NCBI GenBank assembly: GCA_002633005.1
Contig: NMRA01000428.1
Span: 118,900 to 182,899, forward strand
Length of the DNA: 64,000 nucleotides
Direction: 5' to 3'
Source: Phoronis australis
Lineage: Eukaryota; Animalia; Phoronida
Shown here: piece after piece, positions 23,401 to 34,164 of the stretch
Layout of the letters: every line of letters begins with the position of its first letter
Position numbering within the stretch: the first letter of the stretch is position 1
Made by a program: the position numbers and the translations under genes
The notes under the pieces: model-generated
What the model was told of the DNA's origin: nothing
What the model saw: the letters and a program-made list of their open reading frames with translations, nothing else
Database searches by the model: none

Positions 23401-25122
23401 TGTACCATTGCCACTGATTTGCTGTCAACACCACGCTTTTCTTCATTGACTGAAGATTGGTTAGTGGACCTAGGCGTACATGTATATATTCCTGCCTGTG
23501 AACAGGCACCTGTGTCCATATCTGAGTTTTCTGTCAAAAACACGGTAATTAAACGTCTGTTTTTAGGAGCAGGGGCTATACGTAAGCTGAATTTAAAGAA
23601 TGGAAACGCGTTCAATTATGCGCATCATTATGCATGTCAATCAAACGATCCACAAGTACAGTGTACATTGTAAGTCGCAACAGAATCCGCGATAGCTTTC
23701 GATATGGAATTTCGAAAAGCGTGCTATACATTGTCACTAGCAACAACCGAATGCATGCGACAAACCTGGCTCCCGTTCAGTAACACTAGGTCCTCGCTAA
23801 AAAACAAAATTGCGCGAGATTACGTGAGATATTGCTGTGTATTTTAAATACAAACACGTGACTTATGTTAGATTTTAGCTAGGTCCTAGCGTCTACTGAA
23901 CGCACACCTGTTTTCTGCTTCTTCGCCCATTGGTTGATTTTAAGACACCCACTCGCTGCTTTTTTGAGAGCTCTCTCTCTCTCTCGATGCTGTTTACCAC
24001 CAGGCATGTTCGCTAATTTAGAATGACCCTCGTACCTCATGGTGTAGTCATCACGAGAGCACGTGCGTTTGTGGTTAGTCGGTGTCTTTGAAACTGTCAA
24101 TGTCTTGAAGCGTCCTGTGGTCGTCTGTAGGCCTAAGATGCCGTTACCTACAAGAACTATCAGGCGAAGTTCTTGCGGTCTGATGTCGCTATGCAAAGCG
24201 GTTTGAATCAGATGAGCAGTGAAGATTCGAAATCATCACTAGTTTTTTGATCATTTTAATTAATAGTGGCTGTAGTAATTTCTGTTGGTGTCCTGCTACA
24301 TCCTTATCGTAGCCCGAGCTGGAGGTTTTCGGCGGGGAGGGGGTTCGATCGAACCCCCCGAACCCCCCCTGGCTATGGGCCTGCAATGTCACTCAGAATG
24401 AGTTTGATATGAACTAGAATGTACCTTTGTTCAGTTTTAAATACAACCAATTAAGCGAGTTCTACAGTTCAATGTAGGATGAAAGATGTTTTACATACCT
24501 AGAAGTTATATCAGTAGGATTACTAGACATTTGCCAGCTGGCCTTAAACATATGATTTGTTTTATTGAGTGAAGAGAAAAGATGGCATTTAGGCGAATGG
24601 CTGAAATTCTTCCAGTTTCTTTAGAAACAAGGTTGAGATTTTTATGCCCTTCAACATATTCTTAAAATTAAACCGTACTTCATAGGTAGAGTGTTGTTTT
24701 ATTTCAATAGTCAGCAGTCATACATGTAGTTTGCTTACATCAGTGACCAACACGTTATGTGTTCTTAACCTGTTTACGAAATCACGTTGTTATACTTACA
24801 GCTCCTTGGGCTACACAGGAAATATAACAATGACGTGTTCAAGAAAATAGCAGACAGACGGCGAGCACTTTACCAATCCAGCGAAAAATTCGGCAACGGC
24901 AGCTCAGGAAGTCCAGGCTTTGTAGCTGACCATCAAAAACGGGCGTGCGTGGCCGTCATGCACTCGTGCGGACATTTCATAAGGGTGGCGCCTGGGGAAT
25001 TTCATCTCGATGCTATTGAGCAGGGAGTGAGGATGGAGTGTGTCTACGAGTTCTTGTTACATAATTATGCTGAGTTGTGTACGGACATTTTCCGTGGAAG
25101 AAAGCCAGCTCGTGTAGTGTGA
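8357..25122 (+). CDS. Spliced gene: ankyrin-repeat array fused to a FAM111-like trypsin-fold serine protease (~570 aa visible, 5' end not found)
   Basis: Exons 8357-8455, 9019-9117, 9491-9589, 9970-10068, 10590-~10691, 16464-16520, 18203-18485, 18592-18822, 20847-21172, 24802-25122. All are AG/GT flanked with compatible phases (0,0,0,0,0,0,1,1,0) and no stops until TGA at 25120-25122. Joining of the ankyrin and protease halves is inferred from frame compatibility. Confidence 0.72.
9019..9117 (+). CDS. Ankyrin-repeat exon 2
   Basis: acatag|EGWTPLHCAALYGYTQTVKCLVEHSATVNVTSK|gtaatt. Confidence 0.92.
9491..9589 (+). CDS. Ankyrin-repeat exon 3
   Basis: acatag|EGVTPLHCAAGCGYTQTVECLVEHSATVNVRDE|gtaatt. 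Confidence 0.92.
9970..10068 (+). CDS. Ankyrin-repeat exon 4
   Basis: acatag|DGRTPLHRAAQWGHTAVVQCLLQHGANVNVRNK|gtaatt. Confidence 0.92.
10590..10691 (+). CDS. Ankyrin-repeat exon 5 (donor ambiguous)
   Basis: ctgtag|WGDTPLHTASEGGHAAVVKLLIIKGSCDVTAVKR; candidate GT donors after 10682, 10691 or 10694 are all phase 0. Confidence 0.85.
11000..15800 (-). pseudogene. Probable decayed cadherin-repeat coding relic, antisense within an intron
   Basis: Broken minus-strand frames contain cadherin-like motifs: IRVHTLDA/NDNFP (14993-15037, with a 1-nt shift), INIHNVCDAAP (~15150), VISENVAVHT (~11580), RIDFKNP...FIIQVKAND (~12955-13030). Internally repeated diverged segments are present. Many stops. Confidence 0.4.
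16464..16520 (+). CDS. Ankyrin C-capping half-repeat exon (57 bp, phase 0-0)
   Basis: ttacag|DGKTAYDVCGKEAIKNLLK|gtacaa; resembles the usual terminal ankyrin motif G.TA.D.A....I..LL. Confidence 0.8.
17506..17943. mobile_element. MITE-like element with ~45-bp imperfect terminal inverted repeats
   Basis: ctgcgtgtcccctagggggaagag (17523-) is the reverse complement of ctcatcccctaggggacacgcag (~17907-17929), with one mismatch and one extra g. Confidence 0.65.
18203..18485 (+). CDS. Linker exon of the ankyrin-protease gene
   Basis: ttgcag|KHMKQTPRSK...LDILKLVIRQS(G)|gtaatt; open frame, phase 0 to 1. Confidence 0.75.
18592..18822 (+). CDS. FAM111-like protease exon carrying the catalytic His
   Basis: ttccag|...LAVELQSVVLL...GSGFRVGPTYVMTNCHVL...|gtaagt. 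Confidence 0.9.
20341..20468. repeat. (GT)n followed by (GTCT)n microsatellite
   Basis: Directly visible. Confidence 0.98.
20847..21172 (+). CDS. FAM111-like protease exon carrying the catalytic Asp
   Basis: ttacag|...AVFNFD...EDLDVAVLDL...IHFVGHPTGDGKVLDTQC...|gtgcta; GHP.G..K..D.C is a FAM111-type motif. Confidence 0.9.
21193..24383 (-). mobile_element. hAT-superfamily DNA transposon with 16-bp TIRs and a 5-bp TSD (CAATG)
   Basis: TIRs caggcccgtagccagg / cctggctatgggcctg (one mismatch); caatg at 21188-21192 and 24384-24388; internal transposase. Confidence 0.93.
21437..23322 (-). pseudogene. Frameshifted hAT transposase (TTF-type Zn finger, DUF4371-like region, DDE core, C-terminal dimerisation domain)
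   Basis: Motifs LVYSSKIDGAFCVSCALF, IALRG, SVMADEVT, GQGYDGAANMS, YTHCCSHCLNL, LPVTSCERERSASTLRRL. The expected DVCRTRW motif lies in a different frame near 22140-22165, and the C-terminus (21437-21772) is out of frame. Confidence 0.88.
24802..25122 (+). CDS. Terminal FAM111-like protease exon carrying the catalytic Ser
   Basis: ttacag|LLGLH...LYQSSEKFGNGSSGSPGF...VAVMHSCG...IEQGVRM...*. Confidence 0.92.
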   Translation, partial: LLGLHRKYNNDVFKKIADRRRALYQSSEKFGNGSSGSPGFVADHQKRACVAVMHSCGHFIRVAPGEFHLDAIEQGVRMECVYEFLLHNYAELCTDIFRGRKPARVV

Positions 25123-27300
25123 TCTATGATGATCTTGGTCAAGCCACCTCGTGTAGTGATCTGTGATAGTCTTGGTCATCAACTCACTTCATCTGGGTAC
25201 ACTCACAGAGTTGGTATAAACAGGTTACATGTATTTGTTATTCTGTGTAATGGTTAACCTAGATTATTGAGAATGACAATCCATTTGTTGTACAAAGTCA
25301 TAGTGTTCAAGGCAGTCGAAGTGATCAGTGTTGGGAGTTTGTGGTGGGGTGGTCGTGTTTCTGCATGGTCGGTTACATGGTCTAGTGAACTTTCCATGTT
25401 TCTAGGTCAACAGCGAACACCAGTTGGTAACTTGTCCTATCAGGTTCTCACGGAGTTACGTCATTAGGACGCAACAGTTAAGTGAAAGGGGTTCCATAAG
25501 CCAATTTGCAAGTCTTGGCAGTGAATTGGCTTTAGTGTACGCGGACCAGAACCCTCTTGACATTTCACTGCAGTACTGGGGTGGTTATACTGTTTTTTTT
25601 TTGTTTTTTGTAAACTTTACGTAAACTTTGATCTCTTCAAGTTGACCATCAAACCAAAAGGTCATATTTTCAACAACAGGGGCCTGTCTTTGGCCATGTG
25701 TGTGTTGGGGTGGGTTGCCGGGAAACTATGCTGTAGTACCCACGTTCCTAAAGAGTCGGTATGATGAATACCGTGCGTCGAGAAAGAACGAGAATGAGCT
25801 TCTATCAGTGAACAAGTGTTCCTTTTGTCGATTTTTATTTCATGAGATTCGTTTTGCAGGTGTTTTAAGCTCAACAATGTCATTATTTAATCCATACAAA
25901 ACCTTTCGGTCTGTATACTTTTAAGACAATAAAACTCAAAGAAATATAAAACCTTCTCTTAGTTCGGTTGCAAGGAATCTGTCCTTTAGAATGACAATCC
26001 AGATTTGAGACATAAGAATCCATTAGGCAAGTTAACATTAATCACACATTCATGTTTGGAATGTCATTGTGCAATGCAGTTTAGTGTTTCTGTATTGGCG
26101 CGACAGCAGCGAATCAACGGTAGCCAATGAATGTAAAGTGTCCGAATGCCGAGTTCAACACAATGTAGACTTACTGTGTGCTTCTGAACAGGTTTTACTT
26201 AAATGTTTTATAGTTAATTTATTATTACGATATATATTTGTGTAAACAATATGGTATCTGCAATGTTGGGATATCCATCAAACGACAGCTGGCGTCTCAC
26301 TCTAGTGGGCGAGTTTAGCACCAGATCTACTATTTCTATTTGTTCTCAGCAGTGCCACCATTGGGAATTGTAGGACATCAAATGTATGTCATTGTACATA
26401 TGTAATAACTGTCTACACATCACGTGATTATATAGTTACCCTCTTGCCACATTTCCTGTGCTTTAACACTAAACGTTTCTTTAATTTTCTTCATTCCATC
26501 TTCGTTGTTAATGTCGTATCATATTTGCTTACATTTATACAACTTACAATTGTTCAGTTTTGTTCCAGGGTCCAACAGTGTAGTCATGTAGACCAGGCAC
26601 CCTCCCGAAAATTGTCAAACTAGCGTAACTTGTCACAACTTGTTCTCGCAATTTTATGAATATAAGATGTCGCAAAATATTGCCAGGCTCAACTATTAAA
26701 ACAACACAGTCGCAATAAATGTCTATAATATGCATGATTTGCAAGGCGTAATCATAAACCCTATTTTAATCTGTATAAACTCTTATTTTATTGTTGTGGA
26801 AATAATCAAACCGTTACTATTACTCGTTAAGCCACTGTCTACTGAGAGATATAAACACTGCGGTCTCAAAGCACATAATTCACCTGTATGCATGTGGATC
26901 GTGCCACCATCGTCATCATATATGTGTTGGCAAGTCGTAAAATGTTTGTAACAATAAAAGCGTTTGATCAAATCTCTTGCGTTTACAGCCATAACAGAGC
27001 TTGAGTTTCGTGCACACATGTACGTACGTGCACAGATAATGTTATCATTATTATAACCATGTATGCGCGTATTTAGGCCCATTGCGCCTATATCTTAAGC
27101 TGTGCCTTTATCGGTAACTCTGCCCATGCGAACCATGTGTGAAACCATGCTTAGGATATGGGTGTACCCTTTCTATTGTCAAGGCAACTGTATAAGAAAC
27201 CAACTTGTTATTCACACCATTAACATCGGCACTAGAATACTGGTGTCTATTTATTCCTGGTTCAAACCTAAAGAGAGAAAAACTGTCTCCGTTGGTTCCT

Positions 27301-27400
27301 GACTGAAATAGGGACTAGTTTATGTGACTGAAATAGGGACTAGTTTATGTGACTGAAATAGGGACTAGTTTATGTGACTGAAATAGGGACTAGTTTATGT
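27301..27400. repeat. 25-bp perfect tandem repeat x4
   Basis: gactgaaatagggactagtttatgt. Confidence 0.97.
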
Positions 27401-28304
27401 GATTGATAAGAACTGACAGTGCATTATTGTTGAGCGAATATATTCGGCCCTTAACAAAGTTTAAAGTTAGGGTCGAGTTTCACAGAAGCAAGATATCGGG
27501 CGAGGGGATTAGCTTTGGTGCCAAATTGTGTTTTGCTTGTAGTGGTGATATTTGGCTTGATCTTGTGTTTTCGCGAGCTGCTTGCGTCTCCGGGACGCTC
27601 ATCTGTTCGGCTGTGGTAGATCTCCCTTTTCATGGTGGTGGCGGTTACACGGAAGGACCGTAAACGTCACACGAGTATCATACAACATGAAATCTAATTG
27701 AAACCAATATGGAAACGCCAAAGGAAGTTAGTTTTATTTTACAACCACTGGTAAATACACAAGTGCAGAATCAAATGTGAGGGAATAACAAGACATCGAC
27801 CGTAAAAATGTGGATTAATCAAGTTGTTGTGAGAATAGTTCAGAATGACACAACTATGTCAAGTGGGGACATCGGTGGTGTTTTAAACTGCCTCTTTAGA
27901 TGGCGCTGCTCAGTTAACGCTTCCCTTTGCCTATGGGTCCATTTACGCGAAAGTGACGTACCAACTACTTGTACATCAACATCGTAATCTCTAATAGAAA
28001 CAAATCTCCAAAGGCAAGAGACAATTATGTTTACTGTTGCTGTCGTCACAGAATATAATGTGATAAAACCGAAGAGTAAGAACTATCAGCTGTTCACAAT
28101 GTCCAATGTCTTCTATTGGAGTCTAAAACAAGTTGATTCTGAGAAGAATGCCGAAACATTATGACAAGTATTGATGCGGAAGTTATTTCAAAATTCCCAG
28201 TTAGTTGCACTGATAGCCGGAATCAAAATTGACAGACACAAGTTTAACACCAGAATCAACGGTAGCACCAACGCTTAAAAACTATGGCCGAAAGAACATA
28301 TAAA

Positions 28305-28536
28305 CACTCACACTTCACTAACAGCGAACTCCATCCTTTAGGTGCATGCAAACCCACACACTTCACTAACGGCGAACTCTACCCTTTAGGTGCATGCAAA
28401 CACACACACCTCACCAACAGTGAACTCCACCCTTGAGGTACATGCAAACCCACACACTTCACTAACAGTGAAATTCCATGCTTTAGTTTAGATACGGTAC
28501 ATATGAACATACACACTTCACTAACGACGAACTCTA
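28305..28536. repeat. ~48-bp imperfect tandem repeat, ~5 copies
   Basis: Unit cacacacttcactaacRgcgaactcYaccctttaggtgcatgcaaac. Confidence 0.9.
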
Positions 28537-31269
28537 AAATAGGGTCAACTTGATGTAAATCATGTACTGAGGAACATCAATAACCTGAAATTTCACCAAA
28601 GTACCAAACCATGCTGTAGTATCCCATTGCGCTGTTGAACCGTAATTGGACATTTATCACGTTTTGCTGACCAGCATATTCGATGTTACTTACGTGACAT
28701 TCACCTTACTTAATTTAATAAATAAATAAATAAATATGAGATTCTACGGCAGAAAGTAAAGTGACGTTCACATGGTGTTTAAATGAAAAGTGGATTCCAG
28801 AGTGAGTGCATTCACAAATCTTGGTGACGTGGAAGATTGACATGGTCATTGGAGTGATCTGACTTAGCTCGTCAACGCATAGCCATCAGTGTGCGTAATT
28901 CGTGGCTTTTTCTCGGTTCAGTTTACACGTCCATTCATTTACATGTCAACTTTCGTGGCTGAATCGTCGTTTTTAAGAAAACTTTCAAATCGCTGCTCAA
29001 ACGCACAACCTGTCCTGACATTTATATGCAAACGTGTTCGCGTAAGTCGTCACCAAAGGACTTGTAATGTCACGCGTATTCATGTTAAGTATGACAGGGA
29101 CATCTTGAGTCCATGCAAAGTAGCTCTCGTTCTAACAAGAAATGTTGCAAAGATATGTCAATCAAACTCATACTCTACTCCTCTCACACAGTATATGTTT
29201 TAAAGATTCACGTTTTAATACTACAGTCGCTAAAGGATCTTCAATGGCTAACCCCAACGATTTCTACTTAGACATAGAATGGTTTTGATATTTTTTACTA
29301 GCGCCCAATTGTGGCGCTGCGACTAATTTCCGACAAAAGAGAATATATGTAGTGTATCTGTATTTAAGATGGCCTTGCGCATATTTGCATGTACAAGGAC
29401 ACTAGCACGTGCCCACTAACTGAACTTAGGGTATTAGACTTATTTCGCACTTACCGTTCAAATCTCATTCTGTATGCTCAGATTAGAAGTCATTTCAGGT
29501 CAAATTGCAATGGGCTGACAGTTTGTTTTTTAAGTTTAAAGTCAATGGAACTACAGTGGAGTAGTAATTTTAATGAAAGGCTGTTTTTTAAGTAACTCGT
29601 GCTCTCCGTCAAAAAGAAGGTTAGTTTTAGGCCAGTTGCAGCTATAAAATCTGTGTAATCCTGTTCCCTACTAAGTGTCAAGTTGATCTGTGACATCTCC
29701 TCATTTCGCCAGACGTAGCTCATAAAATGTCAGGACACGCCGTGACAGGAAAATGTGTGAACACTCCTTGGCGTCTTGATGTTTGGTGACATATCATGAT
29801 TATGGTTACATCATTCACCAACTACATGGTAGCAAAAATCAAAAGACTGGGTGGTTACTTCAGTGTTTGGCAATGGTAACTTTACAGCTACTCTGAAGAC
29901 TCGAACACCGGCAAGAGGAGAGATGACTACATGGTTTTGGAACCTACCAAAATTCCCATTCGTTTTACGACCAATGCGCCAGCTCAGAGTGGATATAAGG
30001 GGTTCCTATCTGGAATTCTTGTACTTCTGCATATAATGTCGCACTTGGAACCTCTTGTCGCCCCCCAAAGGGGGTCACTGTTCAGTGGTCAATTGATTCT
30101 AAACCAAAGCGCTTTGGGGTTTAAAACCACCACCGCCGCATCCATCCAATCTTGAGTTGTAGACCTATGAAACGGCAACTTGAGCCAAGGGAATTGTGTA
30201 CATGCGCCATTTTTAACTTCGCAATTCTGACGTTGGCCTATCTCAGCAAGGCTTCTCAATGGAATCTCTCGTGCTCCTTTGGAAACTTGAGGAAAGCAAT
30301 TTGTATCATGCTGAGGGATAATGCGTTCCCAATTATATGAGCGCAAGTGACAGGAGACAACATTCCTGTTTTGTTTATGGCCACTAAAATACTGACAAAT
30401 ATTTTTTAAATGCAGACTGCCCAACATTTTTAAATGGAAACTAAACCCTGCTTTGATGATCCTGTCACCTAATAATGCGTCACTGGCGTCAATGTTGAAA
30501 GAAAAAAGCAATAATCAAGTGAAAGCTCTTACCCCCTTTCACCAATTGCATATTACGGCCCTTGCTGGGCGCTCTTTGTTGCTGCACCAGCTGTAGAACA
30601 TGCTTGCCAGTTTAGCAGACTTTCCACGGAGTTTTCAAAATTTCCTACAAACTTTTGATGGTTTTACAGGTTTACAAACCATAATTTCGTTTCAGAGAAC
30701 TGGACGGGTTGGAGGCCAAAACCGGGTTTGGTATCCTTTTTAGAAGCCTCCACTAGAGTTTGATCAAATCTTCAAGTCAAACTTTGACATAAATTTAGAA
30801 TGAAAAATGGGGCAGGTGAATTAAATGTAAGAAGTGAGTAAATGATAGGAAGTTCGCACTATACGACTGTCACTGTATCTGTTTGCCACCCTTCTGTTGT
30901 CGATATATCAAACTGCAGTGAATAAATATGACCACGCGGGTAATTTGAGGTCTGTGATACGGAAATCGTGTAACAACCCTGAATTTCCTATCAGTCTCAC
31001 TGTTATACAGTAAGTGCTCACTGTTAGAGTTGGGTATTTTATAAACCACATCGGTGTTAATTGTTGACATGTGCCAGAAAATTTCAAGAGCATTTTGACT
31101 GGTTAGCAGCACTAGAAATGCTGTAGGATTTCATCACACCCTGGTACTACTTTGTGATCCCTTTTACGTGCGGTAATCGTGCACTCCTGATCGTGTCCTC
31201 CTTCGATGGTATACACCTCAAACTCCATATCTTTCCGAACATTGCAAAGATATCTGAGGAACACCCTAT

Positions 31270-31570
31270 CTACAGTTACCAGAATCGAGCTTCGCAGTCC
31301 GTGTGCCACACCTCAGCAGTCACTGATCAGTTTAATCATGTCATCGATAGTGACAGGCCCAAAAGTTTGTTACGGGACACGAACAGAAGCACAAGATCTA
31401 TACAAGAAGCTCTGCCCATTATAAAACAGCACTCCTACATGAGTAGAGCTTTGGGTACCAGATGTTACAACGCAGACGTCACACGTCCCAGCCTCTAACG
31501 TCATCATTAGTTTAGGTAAGGCCTCAGAGTGAAGGCTGAAACCGTTAGCTAGGTACGTGTACTAAGAAGT
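31270..31570 (+). mobile_element. Penelope-like element relic (GIY-YIG endonuclease C-terminus)
   Basis: SAVTDQFNHVIDSDRPKSLLRDTNRSTRSIQEALPIIKQHSYMSRALG resembles the PLE motif SA..H....H.ID....L..E....R.I.EA..I......MNRD.G, followed by a degenerate aaggc...gctgaaac segment. Confidence 0.65.
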
Positions 31571-33442
31571 TCATTTGAGTTATGATATATCTAGTCAAAT
31601 GAACCTGTTTCATCACTTTACTTCCCGGACCTTGCAAATGATATCACGGCGCAAAATTGCAGTTTCTGAGGGTGAAACTGTTATCTTCCAGGTGGCGCTA
31701 CAACTCGCTAGAGAAGATGGACAGTCCCTGTCAACAAGGAGCTATTTATATTTTAAGACTGTCTAGCAGCCTATAAAGCTCCAACCCAAGATTAACTTTA
31801 GTTGTGTCAGGGTCTGTGTATTTTATTTATTTATTTTGTGTAAATGAGCTTAATAATTTGGAAGACTTGATTCAAGTCTGTTATTAACTGACTTTTAGGT
31901 GATTCCCATAGACATGTGCGCAGATACTTGACGGGCAACCAATGAGGGGTTCAAGTGTTAATGTGAATTCTGGTCCAATTCGGTAGTTACTAATGTTATG
32001 AATCAAACTTGCACTCCAACTTTCGGAGAAATATTTGTTTACGAAGTCCACTACACGTGTTTTGGGTACTGGTATCCGTACATTTGTCATGTACACGGTA
32101 CAACAATCTGATGGTGTGAGTTTCCTACAAACAAATCTGTCTCCATCAACAATACTTTTACAATAACAATCTTCAAAATAAATACTGTCGATTTTTTGAG
32201 AAAAAGCATCCCCATATTTATAGTTACAAAATCATGGGGAATGTTGCCTTGATGTAATTTAAAAATAATCATCTTCATTAGTATTACTTTAGGTGGTGTG
32301 ATGCAGGTGCACTTCACACCGACATCTTCATCAACATGTTTTGTTTCACCAATAATAGCAAATTCTAACCACTTTACTCCGTGAATAGTTGACACGGGCT
32401 TATCGATGGTCTAAGTGGCAGTTGCCACAATCCGCCACTCCAAAATAGGACACGCCCGAAAGGAGCTCTTTAACATTAAAGGCTATATTTAAAAATGTTG
32501 GGAAAGATTGGCAGTTCAATCCATCATGGGATGGCCCTTCAAGTGGTAATCTTTTTTAAGCTGTGTAAGACGTCATGGGCATAGTTATAATCCATTATTT
32601 AGTGGCTCTCTAAGTGACAACCTTCCTTAAGTTATATAAGACCTTATAGACATAAATAAGTCCATCATTCGGTTGCATTGTAAATGGAAACCTTCGTAAA
32701 GTTATGTAAGACCTTATGGACATTTTGGTGTGTTTTGCCAAATATCAAAACTATATAAATTTTATATCAGTTTATTTACTGAAATTAGAGAGCTACTAGA
32801 GATCAATTTATTACTTTTTACCAATCTTTCATTAGTTTGGTCACGTGATCATGTGTTTTCAGTACATTTTTTTCCAAATTGATACATTCATAGCAAAACA
32901 ACGATGAAAATAATGTCAACAAATTTTAGTTTACATAAATACTTAACATAAAATCTAAAAAAAACGTGTTACGTTTTCTAGATTATTATTTTCATCTTAT
33001 GCAATTTTTAAATTTTTTCATAAAAATGAAAAAGTTCCATTTTGAAACAACAGATAATGTTTTGTGGAGTAATTCATAGAAAATAGTATCTGAAAGTTTG
33101 ATATGAATTCGATCAGCCTATTTATTCTAAGATGTGATGTTCCAAAGTTATACAAATATGACATTTTGAGATATGTTGTTCCAAAGTTCCTATAAGCCAT
33201 TTTTCAGATAAAATTTTCTTAAGTTATACAAATGTGCCATTTTGAGGCATGATGTTCCAAAATTACATAATGTGTCATTGTTCTAGGGTCCTACATACAC
33301 TGTAACCTTGCCATAAAAGGTTGTTCTACTTAACAACAAAGAACAGGAAAACTGAGTAAATTGATTTCATCATTGTGTGAGTGGAAAATAATAGAAATAT
33401 AAAACAGGAAATAGGTGGATATGGGTCAATGGCCTGCCCCGC

Positions 33443-33563
33443 CTTAGGGCTGGTACCCATAACTATATTACATTTAGGGCTGGTACCCATAACTATATTA
33501 CATTTAGGGCTGGTACCCATAACTATATTACATTTAGGGCTGGTACCCCATTACTATATTACA
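33443..33563. repeat. 30-bp tandem repeat x4
   Basis: ttagggctggtacccataactatattacat. Confidence 0.95.
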
Positions 33564-33825
33564 TAGTTTCAAAAATGAGGCAAATCGTAATGTTACTACA
33601 CAGACACATCTCCTTCAGGTTTCTAACTGATATCAAATGAAATAGGCCTACAGTTTCAATAAAAAGAAACGAGAGTAACATGTGAGTCCATTATTCTTTG
33701 CCAGAGAGGTTCCCTGTTAACAAGAGTTAAAGATGATCGGAGAAATGATCGACCGAAAGGTCGGGCCTTTGTAAAGGCACTAGGAGCCGGTGTTAGTAGA
33801 CCACTAGGATTGTAAAGCGGTTAGA

Positions 33826-34059
33826 GCTGGTGTCAATAGACAGGAGGCTGGTGTTAGTAGACCGGAGGCTGGAGTTAGTAGACCGGAGGCTGGTGTTAGT
33901 AGACCGGAGGCTGGTGTTAGTAGACCGGAGGCTGGTGTTAGTAGACCGGAGGCTGGTGTCAGTGGACCGGAGGCTGATGTTAGTAGACCGGAGGCTGGTG
34001 TCAGTAGACCGGAGGCTGGTGTCAGTAGACCGGAGGCTGGTGTTAGTAGACCGGAGGCT
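33826..34059. repeat. 21-bp minisatellite, ~11 copies
   Basis: gctggtgttagtagaccggag; produces the spurious ORFs (PASGLLT)n and (VDRRLVL)n. Confidence 0.96.
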
Positions 34060-34164
34060 ACCACTTAATTTTTATGGATGACGTCACTACGTCACCACTT
34101 CAAAGTGGTTTCAAAAATCGTTTCACGGCACAGTTTTCTTGTAGATATCTGTCAGTCTTCTGAG

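Noticed and set aside
27301-28536. CRISPR-like arrays (25-bp and 48-bp repeats; also 33443-34059)
   Set aside because: Head-to-tail tandem repeats without unique spacers, in eukaryotic DNA with no cas genes.
30089-30511. TGF-beta propeptide-like resemblance (LFSFNI...DRIIKAGFSFHL)
   Set aside because: No mature cystine-knot domain or supporting exon structure nearby; the resemblance is too short.
33804-34081. Repetitive 83-86 aa ORFs on both strands
   Set aside because: Products of the 21-bp minisatellite.
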